Shown here: in pieces, positions 21,937-36,500 of the stretch
Position numbering within the stretch: position 1 is the stretch's first letter
Layout: each line of letters starts with the position of its first letter
Assembly: GCA_001643675.2 (NCBI GenBank)
Contig: LSRY02000011.1
Span: 558,001-622,000 of the forward strand
From: Monocercomonoides exilis PA203
Lineage: Eukaryota > Protista > Preaxostyla
Reading direction: 5' to 3'
DNA: 64,000 nucleotides
Notes under the pieces: model-generated
Told to the model about the DNA's origin: nothing
What the model saw: only the letters and a program-made list of their open reading frames with translations
The model's database searches: none
Translations under genes and position numbers: made by a program

Positions 21937-22614
21937 TACTTCATTTTGCAAACTTTAAAAAAAAAGCATCTTGATGAAACATAAATAATTAATAACTGAA
22001 TGGAACGATGCATGCCATTTTCATCGCAAATAAAAATATTTTCTTTTCGAAATGAAAGTTTTATTTAAAAGAATAAAATTAATTTTTGTTGTTAAAAACC
22101 AAGAAAGAATTTATCTGAAAGTTGAATTGTGAAATAAAAAAGTTTTTCAAAATTATTTGCATATTTTGTAATTTCACATTCAAATTTCAAAATTTTTCTG
22201 AAATTTCACAATAACACATAAATTGTGCAATTCATCAATTGTGAGAGTTTTTGAAAACAAAAACATTATTCAAAATTTGATATAGACATAGTAGATAAAT
22301 GACAACAATCAAAATTAAAGATTAGAATGAAAAAATTTTTTTCGTAAAAGGAAAAAATTATATTTGGAGATCGTTATGTTTTCCTTATTTCGTGGCTTAA
22401 AAGGAGCAAAGAAAAAAGAAGGATGCTGTCCAAGAAGAAAGAAACAGATGACATAAATTCTTATATGACTAATAGTATGAAACTTTTTCTTTCTATTCAA
22501 AATTGATTTTTTTAAAAATAAATAATGTACATAATTAAAAATTACTAACACACGAACATCAACACAATTTGATACACTCATTTTGTTTATTAATTGGAAA
22601 AAACTGAAGATGGA

Positions 22615-25600
22615 ATGAGTATTGAAAATTTATTGAAGAATGAAAATGAATTTGTTAAAGGCTCTTCTGAGCTTATATTAAATGTTGAACGCAAATCAAA
22701 AATTTCAAAGTTAATTCCAGAAAGTTATTTGCATTCAATAGACGAGGCTATAAAATGGCTCAAGAGAATTTTAAAGAAAGAGGAAATATTGAGTGATTTG
22801 AGTTTTTCAGAACATATTCCGATAAGTCCACGCATGCTTTTTGTGAAAGCACTAGAATATGCTCTTGAAATTTGCTTTGATGAAAAAATAGAAATCAACA
22901 ATAATATCTTGAGAGACGAAACTTGCTCATATTCAGATTATTCTGATTTCCATCTTTTTCTGACTCCTTTATTGGATTCATCAACTTTTTTACTGTCTTC
23001 ATATTTAGTTGCATCTGTACCACGAGTTCAATGTTTGGTGCTGCTCCAACTTCTTTTATTGGACGAAGAAGCATTCACAAATATCTGTACCAATCCAATG
23101 AAGTGCACTCATATTCTGTCCACTCTCTTCGTTAATCCAAAGGAGCACTTGGATCCTTCATTTTCGTGGACTTCACAATCGCATGATTTTTTGGATACAT
23201 ATTCATTTGAAGAGACAAACAAAGATAAACACAACAAATGTTTAGGATCTTTTTGTTGCAACAACAGTAAACAAGTAGAAGATCATAAGCCTTTCTTCAT
23301 TTACAAGCTCAATACAATATCAAACTGCATTTTCTTTTTAAATTCACATTGGAATATAAGGCCACTAACTTCTCAACAAAGAAATTGCATAGGCGAACTG
23401 TTATTATTCCTTTCGGCATTAGTTGAGAAATTTCCTCAAAAAATTCTTCCTGCATTTATTCCTCAAAAAGCATCAAATACACAATCATCATCATCATCAT
23501 CAACAGCAACATCCTTTCCTTCTTCTCCGACTTCTTCTGAAACATTTGGATCTGTTCTATTTTTCCTCATAATTTTGGTTTGCTCTTGTCTTTCAGAATC
23601 TTCCGAGCCATTGCAATCAAGTTTTTTAAATAGAATTAATCCATTTTTATTAAATTTTGTGATGAGCATCTGGAAAGCGATAAACCAAATCAACAACGAG
23701 ACTCTTTCGAATGAGCCGAAGACTGAGGAATCATTGAACTTGGAACAACAACACGCACATTACAAAAGGGATTACAAATGCTCACAACATGATGTTTCAG
23801 CAATACAGCATTTTCCTTTGTTCACAGAGATAGTGGTGTCTCTTCTGGAGATATTTGGATCAATATTTTCTTGCCATTTTCACAAAGGATCACAACAAAA
23901 CACATTACTAAAATTATTTATTGAACAGTACACATCATGTCTTCAGCTCTCAATTTTTCTTCTTAATTCTGTTATTTTGAACCAAGAACGAACTAATTTT
24001 TGCAACGGTTGCAACAATCATTGTTCTAACTCCATTCAATGTTGTGATAAAGTACCAATGTGCTATCCTATTATCATTGACGAAGCGCGTCTGTCTCTTA
24101 TTTTGAGTGTCATATGTGAGTTCTTTGGGCTGATTGTGCAGGATGCTTCTTTACGTATTCAGTTGATCAAAAATAGAAGTTTACCACCCGCATTTGATTT
24201 GGATAGATTGATATGGACAGCAGATGAAACTCTTCTCAGTGAAAGCACAGGAAAATCTCATTCAAAGCGATCAGAGACATCTGAAATGGCTTTTAGCGAA
24301 AGAAATCAAAATGCAAATTCACAAATAGAAAGCGAAAATTCTCAGATTGAAGACAACGTTAACTACGCAAAGATTGAAGCTGAGCTCACTAATTCAAATT
24401 TAGATGAAGATGAAATGGAAGAAGCAGAAGATAAATTTAGAAATCTTTCACATTCACTTTTTCATTTTGCTCAATGTAAAGTTCCGTTTCCTCTTAATTT
24501 ACGATCTTTTCTGAGAGAATGGAGATATATCAGTGAAAAGAGAAAACGAAACATGGAATCCGAAGAAGAAAAATGCAGCGAGTTTCAAAAAGATTCAGAA
24601 GAATTTAACACTGAGCAGAATATTGAAGACAAAAGAGGAGGCTCAGAGGAGTTGACATACGAATGGGGAGAGAAATTGCTGATTGCAGTAACTTTACTTA
24701 GGCATTCGCTGAATCCACTGAATCCATTATCTGATGGAAGCAATATTTCAAGCGAAAAAATTGAAAAGATTGCGGAATCTGTGAAGGAGATTATTGGAGG
24801 CGTCAATAGACAGAAACAAATGCAACGACCAAACAGAAGAAAATGTTCAAAACAGACAAATATGAAAATGAATATGAAAACTGATAGAAAATTTAATGTT
24901 TCAAGAGAAGAAGAAGAAGGAGATGATGACAAAGAGGAAATTCACAAAGCAATGAAATTCGAGGAAAAAGAAATGAAATTAATTACTGAGAAGAATAATA
25001 CAGAAAACAGAAACGAAAATAAGCTGTACGGAGGGATGATGAGGATGCTGTTGGAGGTTGCGATTCCAGAAACCGATGAAAATGAAAGAAAGCCATTTTT
25101 AGAACTTTTAAAGGAATTATGCACAAATTGCAAGGTAAACTGTAACGAGCTCCATTCATTCGTAAGACAAACAGCCGAGAAAATTGACAAGCATTCACTC
25201 AAATTTACATCAACATTTCGAAGTTCTCATGAGATGCAGCACCAATCTCGGGATTTGCGTATGAAATGCTATTCGCTTCAAGACAGGAGTTCTACAGAAA
25301 CCACAACACAACAACAAACGCTAACAGAACAAATACCAAGTTTTTTGAAGCAACTTGCACCTGTTACATATGCAGGCATTACAAATCCTTCGTCACAGTG
25401 CTTTATGAATGCCTTTGTGGTACAGCTGTTTATGCATCCTCAGTTTAGGCGAACTGTTATTTCGTGGAGGCGCTGTGGAACTATTCAAAAATTAGATGAG
25501 AAAATTAAGGAACCAGAGGGTTTGAAGATTATAATCGAAAAATTCAAAAAAGAATATTAGACTTTGCTTTTTGCTTCTTTTTTTTTTTCTTTTTGATTTT

Positions 25601-28600
25601 TTTATTGTCCAACCTTCTCTAACTTTATAAAATATTTCTGTAATCTTTAGATTTCAAGCAATTTTCTGGAAAGTCACACCACTCACGATTCTATGCAGAT
25701 ATTGTTCAGAAGCAACATAATCGTATTCGGCAGTTTTCTTCCACAAAGTTAGAGACAGCATCAGCTGTGATGGACGCCTTGCAGATCGTGTTTGCTCAGT
25801 TGGAGATGAAAGCATATCCCTTCCTGTTCAACACTTCTGATGAAGAAACACCAGAACCACATACTGAAAAGGAGAAAAAGACGGAAACGGCAGCATCAAG
25901 TACATCAACACAGACACCTCAAACTTCAATGGGCATTTGCTCTTCTTCTGTTTCTCTGGATCCGCTGGTGTTAGCTTACCGCGATAAAGCAGATCAGCAA
26001 GTTGACATTCGAAAGCAGCACGATCTGCGGGAATTCGGACTTCGACTTCTGGAGTTGCTGGAAATAGAAGCCGAAGTAGAATGCGAAGAGGCGAGGAACT
26101 TTATTGAAGAATTGTTTCTTGGAGTCCGCGTGACAGAACAGATCTGCTGCAACTCTCACCGGATTTGCCATTCTGAGCCATTCTTTTTTGTGGATGTTGC
26201 TATTGGGGAGAGTACATCACTGCAAGAGGCACTTGAAAAGGAGCGAAGAGGGCAAAAGCTAAAGAGGCTGTTTTGCCCCATCTGCCAAAAGAACCAAGCT
26301 AAGAGACTTTGCATGGATAAGGCTGAAGGAGAGGTTAAAAGAGAAAAAGAGAACACAACAGAAAGAGAAGAAGAAGAAGGAGGAGGAGAAAAAGAAGAAA
26401 AGACCAATTCAAGAAATTTTATTAAAGAGAAAGGGGACGAGAGCAAACAGCCGAATGGAGTTGGAGAAGGGATTGTAAGATGCTATTTGGCAGATGTTCC
26501 AAACACTCTTTTCTTTTATCTGCAGCGATTTCAGTCTGATGGTATCAAAGCAGTTAAAATGGATGCTCATTTTGAGTTTCCGATATACGGGCTGACTATT
26601 TCCGACTACACGAAAGAAGAAGAAGAAGAAGAAGATGATGATGATGAAGGAATTGAAGAAAAACAACAAATTGATTTTGATAGCACAATGAACAACTCTG
26701 AACAATCTAGCTCATCTTCGCCATCTTCTTCATCTTGCAACTTAGATCATACAAATACTGAGACAAAAAATAAACCATTACTCAAAGAGATACAAAATAT
26801 TGGATCAGACAAGCAGAAAGCCAAGAGCTCTTCGAGAGACGAATCTTATTCTGTGTTTGATTTGGTTGGAGTGATATGCCACAAAGGGACTATAAACAAA
26901 GGACACTATTATTCATTTGCTAAGGAACGAGAAGCACCCTTTCGCTGGTTCAAGTTCAACGACCATCGAGTTACTGTTGTGGCAGAAGAAGCATTGAAGG
27001 AAGAGTGCTTCGGCTCAACAGCACATGCACAAAAAAAGCTTCGTGGCACAAACATCTCAGATTCTGCACATGATATGGAGGATCGAGCGGATGACAAGTC
27101 TTCCAATGCTGGAAACGATTCTGGCTTTGAGCGTTTAGCCAACAAAGGAAAGAAAAGAGATTTTGGAGCGATTTTGTTGATGTACCAGAGAAGGCATCCA
27201 ATAAATGAGTGGGAACAGCGAGAGACGGAACTTATTCAGAAGCAATTTAATAGAAGCTTTCCATCACATGAAACTTACACTTTTTTATCTCCTCTACTGG
27301 AATCTCTGCTTTTTCCCCTGAGAATAGTCAAATCGTCTGAAGATGCATTAAATCTTTTAAAAAACTTGAAACCACAACAGCAGCATTATCCAATTTTGTT
27401 CCATCTAACAAATCAAAGTTTGCCTGCTCCTCTGCAATTGGCTGTAATACCTAAGCTGGTGAGAGACGCATGTGGAATCAACTCTTTCGCAACAGTGAAG
27501 CGTTCCATTAATGAGATGGAAGAGGAAATTCAGGAGAACATGCCAAATGAACAATTTATTCAGGAAATAATATCAGACGATTTTGCAGAACTTTACAAGT
27601 GGATATGCGCAAAAGAGGAAGAACTAGCATATCTTCAACAAGTGAAGTCGCGGCATTCAGATTTATCGTATGAAGATTCAATTCAACAAACGTCTTCTCA
27701 AACATCTTTGGAAGGTTTGTCAACAAATATTGATACACTATCGTCTTGTTGTGCTCCTGTTTCACCGCATTGGATGCGTTATTTGATTTGTATTGGTACA
27801 TTTGCTTTTTCTGAAGATCGCTTCAAAGCAGAATGCGAGCACATTCAAAGCTCAATTATGAAGACTTCTTCTATTGTTCCATTGCTGTGTTGTTTCTGCG
27901 AATTGCTTTTTGTGGAACAGTCAAACATGAACAGTGCATTTTATCACATTTTTTTCAATGCAGAAAAGGCTAAAAGAGATGCATTTCTTAATATGATTCA
28001 CATGCTTATTACAAAAGCAGTGGATGAATGTGAAAAACAAAATTGCGAATTGATTGGAGGGAAAATGTGTGAGAATGAGGAATGTTTGTCGAAAGCTTAT
28101 GATTCAAGTGAGATGCGCTCCACGTTTGTTACAATTGCATTTTTGAATGGAATATTTGAGATGATTTCTACAGCCGTAAAACAAAATTATCGGTCCTCCT
28201 CAGTTCTTTTATCTCTTCTATCCGACTTTTTACCACCTAATCTACACCAATTTGTATCAGACATAGAATTGAAACAATCTCCAACACAAACATTGTCAAA
28301 TGTTGCAATTTCTCAAAATTGCACTTCGGAATTGAGTTTGGTGATTTCACCCTCGCCTACCTGCTCCAAACATCCAATTTGGATCCATTCTCTTCTTGCT
28401 GTATCGCATTTACCAGACATAATTCTTGAAATTCTTTTGCATTATCAAAAGATTATTAACGGCAATAATGGAGCTGATGAAGAAATAAAATGTCAGAAAG
28501 AGGTGAGAACAGTCATGATCGACAAGTCATTTTTTGAAAAACTGGCAAGCCTATTAACTGAATGTATTTTGCAGACAGATCAAGAAGTAATTAGAGATAT

Positions 28601-31600
28601 CTTTCAACAAATGAAGCATCTCGATATGGAATCGTTCTTCGAGGAATATCCATTTCTAGAAAGGAAATTTGATTTTTTTCCTTCAAAAACATTCACACCA
28701 CGTCTAACTTCAGAAATATTAGACTTATTTTTAGTAAATTTATCTCCAGAGCTTTTTATTGCAGCGAGTTGTTCAGTAATTGCATCTTGCAACGTTGAAA
28801 ATGGATACCTGGAAAAACAATTGCCAGACGAAAGCTTTTTATGCACCGCAGCTCAGCAAATGCAAACATCAATCTGTTCTGAATCAACGCACTTTTCAAC
28901 CGAATGTGATCAAAAAACTGATAAAGGAAAGGATAGAAACTCCGAATTGTTATGTTCCGCCTCTTTGCCGTCTTTCCTCAGTGACAAATCTTCCGCAACA
29001 ATCGAAACTTGCTTAAACTGGGTTTTAGAAAAAGTTGGTGAAGATTGTTCATTATTGCAAAAGAGCACAATGATTAACTTTTTCTTTATAGTTATATCAA
29101 CAGCTTTAACAGTCATGTCTCAACTTAACTTGCGAAAACGTGAAGAGGATAAATTTGATGAAAGAGATAAAGAAATAAGGCAAACAACGAGCGATCATTG
29201 CGACGATTTCTTCCAGACGATAACAAAATGTACCTCGGAAGATGATGCGGAGGATAAGAGAAATACAGAGCCTATGATAACAACCAACTTGACTCTTCTT
29301 TCTTCTAATTATACAGAAAATGCTTTTTATATAAATGAAATAGATGAATCACAAACAAGTCAAGAATCCAGTGATGGGTCATCAACTTATTCATTAAAAA
29401 CATATATGGATCTATTTTTTGAGAAGTGCCTTGTGCAGTCAGAGGAAAAATTTGAAAGAACAGGATCTATAATCATTGATCAGATAAAGATGTTTCTTGA
29501 AAACTGTACTAACTTTATACTATCTACACAAAATTTCTACAAACTTCTTCAGAGTGAAAAAGTAATTTCAATTCTTCTTATGCTTTTGAAGGGGAATTAT
29601 GCATTTGAAGTTAAAAGGTGTGCCATTGCTCTTCTATGCAGAACGCTAATGGCACAATCAATTGAGTTCAAAAAAGATTCAGAAATAGAATTACATGGAG
29701 TTGACGAGAAGCTTGATAGCAGTTTGAAACAAGAAAAAAATAAAAAGAGATACATCAGCAAAACATATGAATTGTGGAAGTCGATGACTAAAGCTATTCC
29801 TGCAACTACGGATCCAAAGGAAGATGAGAGATTTGATAAACATTTTGGAAAGAAGGCATCTTCTGATACGAAAATTCATAAATTTACAAATTTGTTGATC
29901 GAGAAGCAAATGAAAGAGCTACATATTCTCGAAATGGGTGTTGAAAATGCATCATATTTTTGCGATGCTGCAAATGAAGTCGAAGAAACGGAGGAATGGA
30001 ATGAAGGATACGTGTTTGATGAAGCAAAACAACTGACATACAAAGATGCTATTGGAGATGTGTTGAGATGGGTATTTTCTGAGCTGAGCAAATGGATGGG
30101 AAAGCTATACAGGATTCTTTATGCAGCTTGTACAAGTTTTCATAAATTTGATAATCCGCAATCAACTTTCCAAATAATTGAATCTTTGCCTTCTGAAATG
30201 ATTATTTGCGTTAGTATTGCTTCAATGTTTGATCCAAGGAGCAATTTGTTTAAAGAAATGTTGAAAGATTTTGCAACTGTTGGGCTATTTCTTTCGTGGA
30301 TGCCTGATTACAAGAGTTTTTATTCAACCAGAAATAACAGCCTAGGAAATGAAGGGAGAAATAAATTGAGGATATCCGAGAAATGTTTTATAAGAGAGGA
30401 ACAGGACAGAAGTGAGAGTAAGAGATGGATGGCTAATGTTACATTGGAACTTTTGAAGTTTAAAAAATCTAAGGAAGAGGAAGAGGAAGAGGAGGAAAAG
30501 AAGATCATTGATGCTTGCTGGATAGTAGTTTCAGCAATGAAACGCGCAGCTGGAGAACCGACAAGACTTCCTGATTTATGCTTAAGCACAAAGGAATTGG
30601 TTGATACGAAGAAATTTGAAGAGATTTCTGGCTTTAAAGAAAAAGATTACGAAAGAGATAGGAAAGATAATACAATGAAAACAACACATTTAACAAAAGA
30701 CAAGAATTACGAAACAAGAAGTACGTTAAAGGAGGAATTTAGAAAGAGAACAGAATTTATGAATGAAGTTGAGCAACATCTTGAATTACCAACATCAATT
30801 TTTGAGAGATTGACAACAGAAGCAAGAGTTTTTGGATCAAACGATGGAGTTGATTTGTGGAAGCGATTGCTGGATGAAGAAATCAACTCCAAGGAAAGCA
30901 AGGAAAAAAAGAAAGCGTTCACCACAAGAGAAGAAGATAGAAAGATGAGGCCACAGTTGAAAATTGAGACTGAATCCACAAAAGATATGATGAGTAGTTT
31001 ATTTGGGAAAAGAAAAGCTTTGATGGTGTTGAATTCTGAAGAAAAAAAAAATTCAGCGCTTTTTGGAAAGATGGAAAAAGACAAAGAGAAGAAAGAAGAG
31101 AAGTGGATGTGCTCAGATGAAGGCTGCAGAATGAATTGTCCTTCGTTACCTTCTAAGTGGGTGCTGAGGCAATTTGAAGGAACAGTGATGAAAGATGACT
31201 TGAAAAAGCAAAACTTTCAAAAGGAAACAGAAATGGATGATTCAAATAGAAAAGAAAAAATTAATGATATTTCTAGTCATGAATTTGAGGATAAAAAGTT
31301 ACAATTAATTTATGACAAATCACATGATACGATCGTTTCGTCAACAGAAAAATTCAAGTTGGCTATTGCAAGACATATTGAGTTGGCAAGAAATCAAACA
31401 CTACAGCCAGCTCTTGAAATACCAAAAATACCTGAGATTTCATCGATGAATTCAAAAACAAATCAGCTTTCATCGATTCAGAATTTCCATAAAGATGGTG
31501 GTTTTGTTGGATCAATGAAAACAGAAATTAAAATTGAGGGCAGCACGAATGAATGTGTGAATGGAAGCTGCATATTTAAACAATATGAACCGGAGTTAAT

Positions 31601-32039
31601 GGTAGAAAAGTCTTCATCTTTAAAAGAGAAAGCAACATTATTTGATGGTTTAGATTGTGAGAAGAAACTTGGAAGTACATTCTTTTTAGAAGGCGAAAAG
31701 AAAGCACACGAAGAAGAAAGAACTATGGCAACAAAAAGTTCGTCGAACGAGGCCCAGTTTCCAGTGTTGAATTCAAAAGAATTACAGTCCTTTACATTTA
31801 AACCGTTTGTACCCCCGACATTGACGATGCAAACTCCTCAATCAACTCAAAAGGCTTTAACAGTCAACTCAGAGAAAGTTAGCAGCAACTCGTTCATGCC
31901 AGTTTCTTTTGGGTCAAAGGGGGTTAAAAGCGGAGCATTCAGGGGAATGTCGAAAGAACCAAGATCAACTAGAGGAGGGATAGTTGCACCGAAAATACAA
32001 TTCAGAGAATTAACTGCAGAAGAGTTGAAAAAAAGTTGA
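22615..32039 (+). CDS. Large ubiquitin-specific protease (USP/peptidase C19), ~3100 aa; intron 25520-25650
   Basis: Cys box GITNPSSQCFMNAFVVQLF in ORF1; KQHDLREF, LQRF and His box LVGVICHKGTINKGHYYSF...WFKFND in ORF2. The phase-1 GT...AG intron joins them in frame (G|AT). Start uncertain. Confidence 0.9.
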
Positions 32040-33720
32040 GAATGAGTGTTATGTTTTTTTGGAAAATTATTTACTTATCGGTTGTCTGAAAGGAAAAAAT
32101 CATTTGTGATAATTAGAATTGAATTTACAGCATTGTCGTTGAACTAAATATCTCGAATTGCATGAAATGTTAATAAATAAATAATTTTTTTACTGCTAAA
32201 CATCGAACATAACATATTTCTAATGGAATTCACTGGAATAAAAATGCATGTACACAATTCAAAATAAATGTATTTCTCACTGATAGAGTTTAACAATCCT
32301 TTCTTTCTACAGTTGCTCGTGGAATGAAAGGATAAAACAACAAGATGATAACAAGCAGAAATTTCATATTCATGTAACTCCATCATTAACATTCGAAAAG
32401 AACATTGAAACACAATTGAGAAGCAAAGAGGCAAAAGTTTGCAACTCATGCAATGCTTGCTTCACAATGAAAAGTATTTCTTTTGTCATTTCAACATCAA
32501 GACTTTTATACAAAGAAATGAAATGAAGTGATGCATTTTTTTTTTAATTGTTTATTTCTACAATTTCAGTTACTCTCAATTATTTTGATGCTCTTCAACT
32601 ATTTAATCATACATAAATGATTTATTGTTCTTTAGACATTCTTCAAAAATAACATATTGTATTTTGAAACAATTTCAAATAAAAATGAAAAATAGGATCA
32701 ATAGCTTTCTCTGGTTTTATTCTGCATTAATTTTTGGTTGATGCAACAAAAAAAAAAAAAAAATAAAAAAATAAAAAAATAATTTTATGAAAATTAAAAA
32801 CAAAATAAGAGTACACTTTTTAGTTTTGATTTGCTATGTGAAATACAATTATTCAAACCATTGGAGATTAAACATATCAACGAGGAATAAAAGTTGCTTA
32901 TCACCAAATTCTAAAACAGAAACAGAAAAACCTAAAAAAAAAGTGTTGAAATCGATAAATATACAAATTATCTCCAACGAAATAGATGCTGTTAAAAACT
33001 AATTTTTCATAACAGAGAAAAATAAGGATCCTCATTTGAGGTTTAGGATAAATAAATCTGGAGAGAAAATTGTAAGGTAAAAATATTTTCAATTCACAAA
33101 AGCATAGAAAAATAAGGTAAGTCGCAATCAAATAATCCAAAAAGACTTTAGGAAATTCAATAAAACGAACAAGATAAAGCTAAAAAAATAAGTCGCATTG
33201 ATTATAAAAGTTAGACAAGACTAAATAAAAAACTTCATAAAATTACATTTTTCATTAGAAAGTGACAACAGTGAAAATTCATGTCAGGCGTTGGAAGAGT
33301 AACTCAAGAAATGCAACTACTCCACGAGGTGTTTGCAAAATTAAGATTGTTGATCAAATAGTTAAAAAAAGATTTGATAGCGACAATTCATTCGAATGAT
33401 AATAATTAAAAAATAAACACAATGTTTGAATAATAAAAATAAATAAGATATTTCCCAAAAAAATGTACCTCTATTATTTGCACAAGTCAAATGAAGTATA
33501 AAGAATATATGGAGAGATTGAACGCTGCATTTTATCACTGCGAAAAGCATAGATAAGAAGCTACTGAAGTACGGAATGTTTTAGAAAAAGAGAACGCCTT
33601 TGTGAAAATGTAGTCGATGAAGATAATTGAAATGAATAATTGCTGGTGATTCGTAACACTGTACAGGTTTAGCATAACTTTATTTTTTTACATAATTTTA
33701 ATTTGAACCAGAGTTGAAGC

Positions 33721-36500
33721 TTAAATCTCAATCTCTTTTTGCATTAATGCACATTTATCTTCTGCTGATAGGGCATCTGCTTTGATTGATATGCCTTCCA
33801 TGCTTTCAAATGGATGAAGAATTGCTTGCTGTTCTGAAATCGCTATTGCATTCAAAACAGAAGCAGATTCACCACATTCTCTTGCTGCATCATGCTCCTT
33901 CTCAGATTCTTGATTCATTTTGTCAAATAATTGTTTATTGTGTAATGATAGACTGGTCATTTGTTCTGTGAGCGGAATGACATCAGCTGAATTTACAGAT
34001 TTATGCTCAGCAACATCTTTGTTCAATGAAGAATGCATCTTTTTGCGCTCAGTCTCTTTTTGCGATTCCAAAAGAACATTCGATTGAGAAAAAGAAGAGG
34101 ACAAAGAGGTTAAAGTAGATAAAGAAGAAGACGGAGAAGAAGTTGAAATGGAAGCAGGTTCTTTCACTGCTGACAAGTTAGTTCCATTCGCTTTTGACTG
34201 TTCAATGCTGTGGCTTTGCAGAGGTGTATAAGAAACAGATGAAGCTGATACGCAGATATCGTCTTCTGAAGATAGATCAAGCGGAGAAAGAATATGAAAT
34301 GCATTCGGAGAAAAATCTCCGAACAAAGGAAGTGTGCGAAAATACGTAGAAGTTATAGAAGAAGAAGAAGATGATGATGAGGAGGAGGAAGAAGAAGAAG
34401 GCATAGTTGCAAGTGTTGATGCCAATTCAGCTCTTTGATCAGCAAGAGAATGAAATGTCTCATTGACTTTATCTTCTGAATGGATTAGCATAGAAGATGA
34501 CGATGACGATGAAGATAAAGTAGAATAAGAAGAAGAAGAGGAAGTTGATACCTTCCCAGGTGTTTGCTGCTGATCCATTGAAGATGAGCGCAATGCAGAA
34601 GCCAGCGGCACCTCTTGAATGGATGGTAGTACCGACTTCTCCATGAACTCAGGCTTAGCAGACAATTTATCGAATTCAGAGACATTAGAGGAAATAAATT
34701 GCATCGAAGAGAATGGAGGAGGAGAAAAGGAAGCAAAGGAATCTTTTGTAGGAGGTGGCGACTGAAGCGAAGACAGAGACGGAGACAGAACGCTTGAAGA
34801 CGCCCCAAACGCTGATGATGTGCTTGACGACGGCGAAAGGCACGCTGCTGTGTTGAACGAAGGCTGTCGAAGAGATGACACAGAAGGATTGTGCATAGAA
34901 GATACGAGCGAAGGTGAAAGCGCTGAACCAGACGACGAGTACGAAATAGAAGCAGACGGAAGAGATGACAGTGAAGAAGTTGGCGAAGACGGCGAGCCAT
35001 GAATTGCAAAATTTGGAGAGCCAGTAGAGGGATACCGCATCAGCAGTGAAACAGGCTTCTGCTCTGGAGACAGCACAGAGCGTGTGGCGATGAGGGACGG
35101 CCAGAGCTCCTCTCTGTCGCAAGGAGGCGTCTGCAGATCGCCCGTGCAGGAGCCGAAGCAAACAGGAGGCATGGCGCGCTCAGGCAGAGAGGGCGTTTGA
35201 AAAGCTGTGTTGGAGTCGTTTGCGTGCGCCACTGAGCATGCGCTGCTTGTGTTTGACAGCTGGAAGGAATTCGTAGCAGAAGAGTGGGGCTTGTTCTCGT
35301 CAGCTTCACAGTCTTTGGCTCCTTTCTCAGAAGCTGAATTCTTGATGTGCTTCCTCGGGTCGATGGTTGCCTCCCATATGCCGCCGTGCATGCTTTTCGT
35401 TATTTTTCGTTCTTTCATTCTCCTTTTCCCTTCTTCACGGTACAAAGGATCGTCCATTCTGACGTACCTCGCATTTTCAGAAAAAAAATCATTCTATTAA
35501 AAAGTCAATGTTAAAAAATAGTTGTTTTTTTAATGTTATTTATTTTATTATTATTTTATTTCCCCCAAATTTAATTATTTTATTTTTTGAGAGTTTAATG
35601 TTCAAGTAAAAAAATTCCATAGAAATAAAAAATAACAGCAAACTTTATCTTCTCTAAAATTCGTAAAAGCGTTTGAATATCCGTCTTCAAGGATGAAAAG
35701 ATGCGGATAAGCTAATTTTGGATAAATGTGATCATGACGATCCAAATATCTTAGCCTTTTATACAAATCTGGTGCTAAACAATAATTTGTCAGAATTATC
35801 AAAAAAAAAAAATGATTGAATTATGAAACAATGCCAGTCCTCCAACCTCTCTGCGAAGAAAACTCACAATGAAAAACTATTGCTAGGTGTTCTCCAAAAT
35901 GCGATGGATCTGCCATAAAGAATTCTTGAAGCACCTCTTCAGTTGAAATATTTATTGCATGGACAAAATGACCCGGTTTCTAAAATTTATTTCGAAAAAA
36001 AAATATGAAAATGCAAAATAAGTACGAGTGATAAGACAATCAAAAATTATACGCTTCAAAAAAAAAAAAAAAAAAAAAAATTTTTTTTATCTTTATTCTT
36101 TCGAAATGTTCATTTTTTATTCCAGAACAAATGTTTTATAAATAATTAAGCAAACATATTCATAGTCCCATCGGCAGTCAACTACAATTGGAACAAGTTG
36201 AGGATATTTCCCATCAAGCAAGTCAAAAAACTTAAATATTTAAATCAAAAATTTGAAAATTGTGATGTTTTTTTCCGAATTAATCAATTTTTCTTCTGAC
36301 AAACAGTTTGTGCATCAATGTAAAAGAGACTGTCCAATAGCTTTGCTGGTATTGGTGAAATATAATCTTCTTTGCATTCATTTTCATTCGTTGAAAGCAA
36401 CGATTCCGTTGAAATTTTGTAGCAAAGATTTGAAAGTTTGGAAAGAAGATGATCAAGCAAATCGTGGAAAGAGTGAATAGAAGTTGGATCAATAAAATCT
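33721..36500 (-). CDS. CDC25: Cdc25-family (rhodanese-fold) phosphatase, multi-exon, with long Ser-rich C-terminal exon; 5' end unresolved
   Basis: Exons translate to VVDCRWDYEY, GHFVHAINI, AIVFHCEFSSQR|APDLYKRLRYLDR...YPKLAYPHLFILEDGYS, and YVRMDDP. The HCX5R active site is intact; intron 35775-35846 follows it. Confidence 0.88.
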
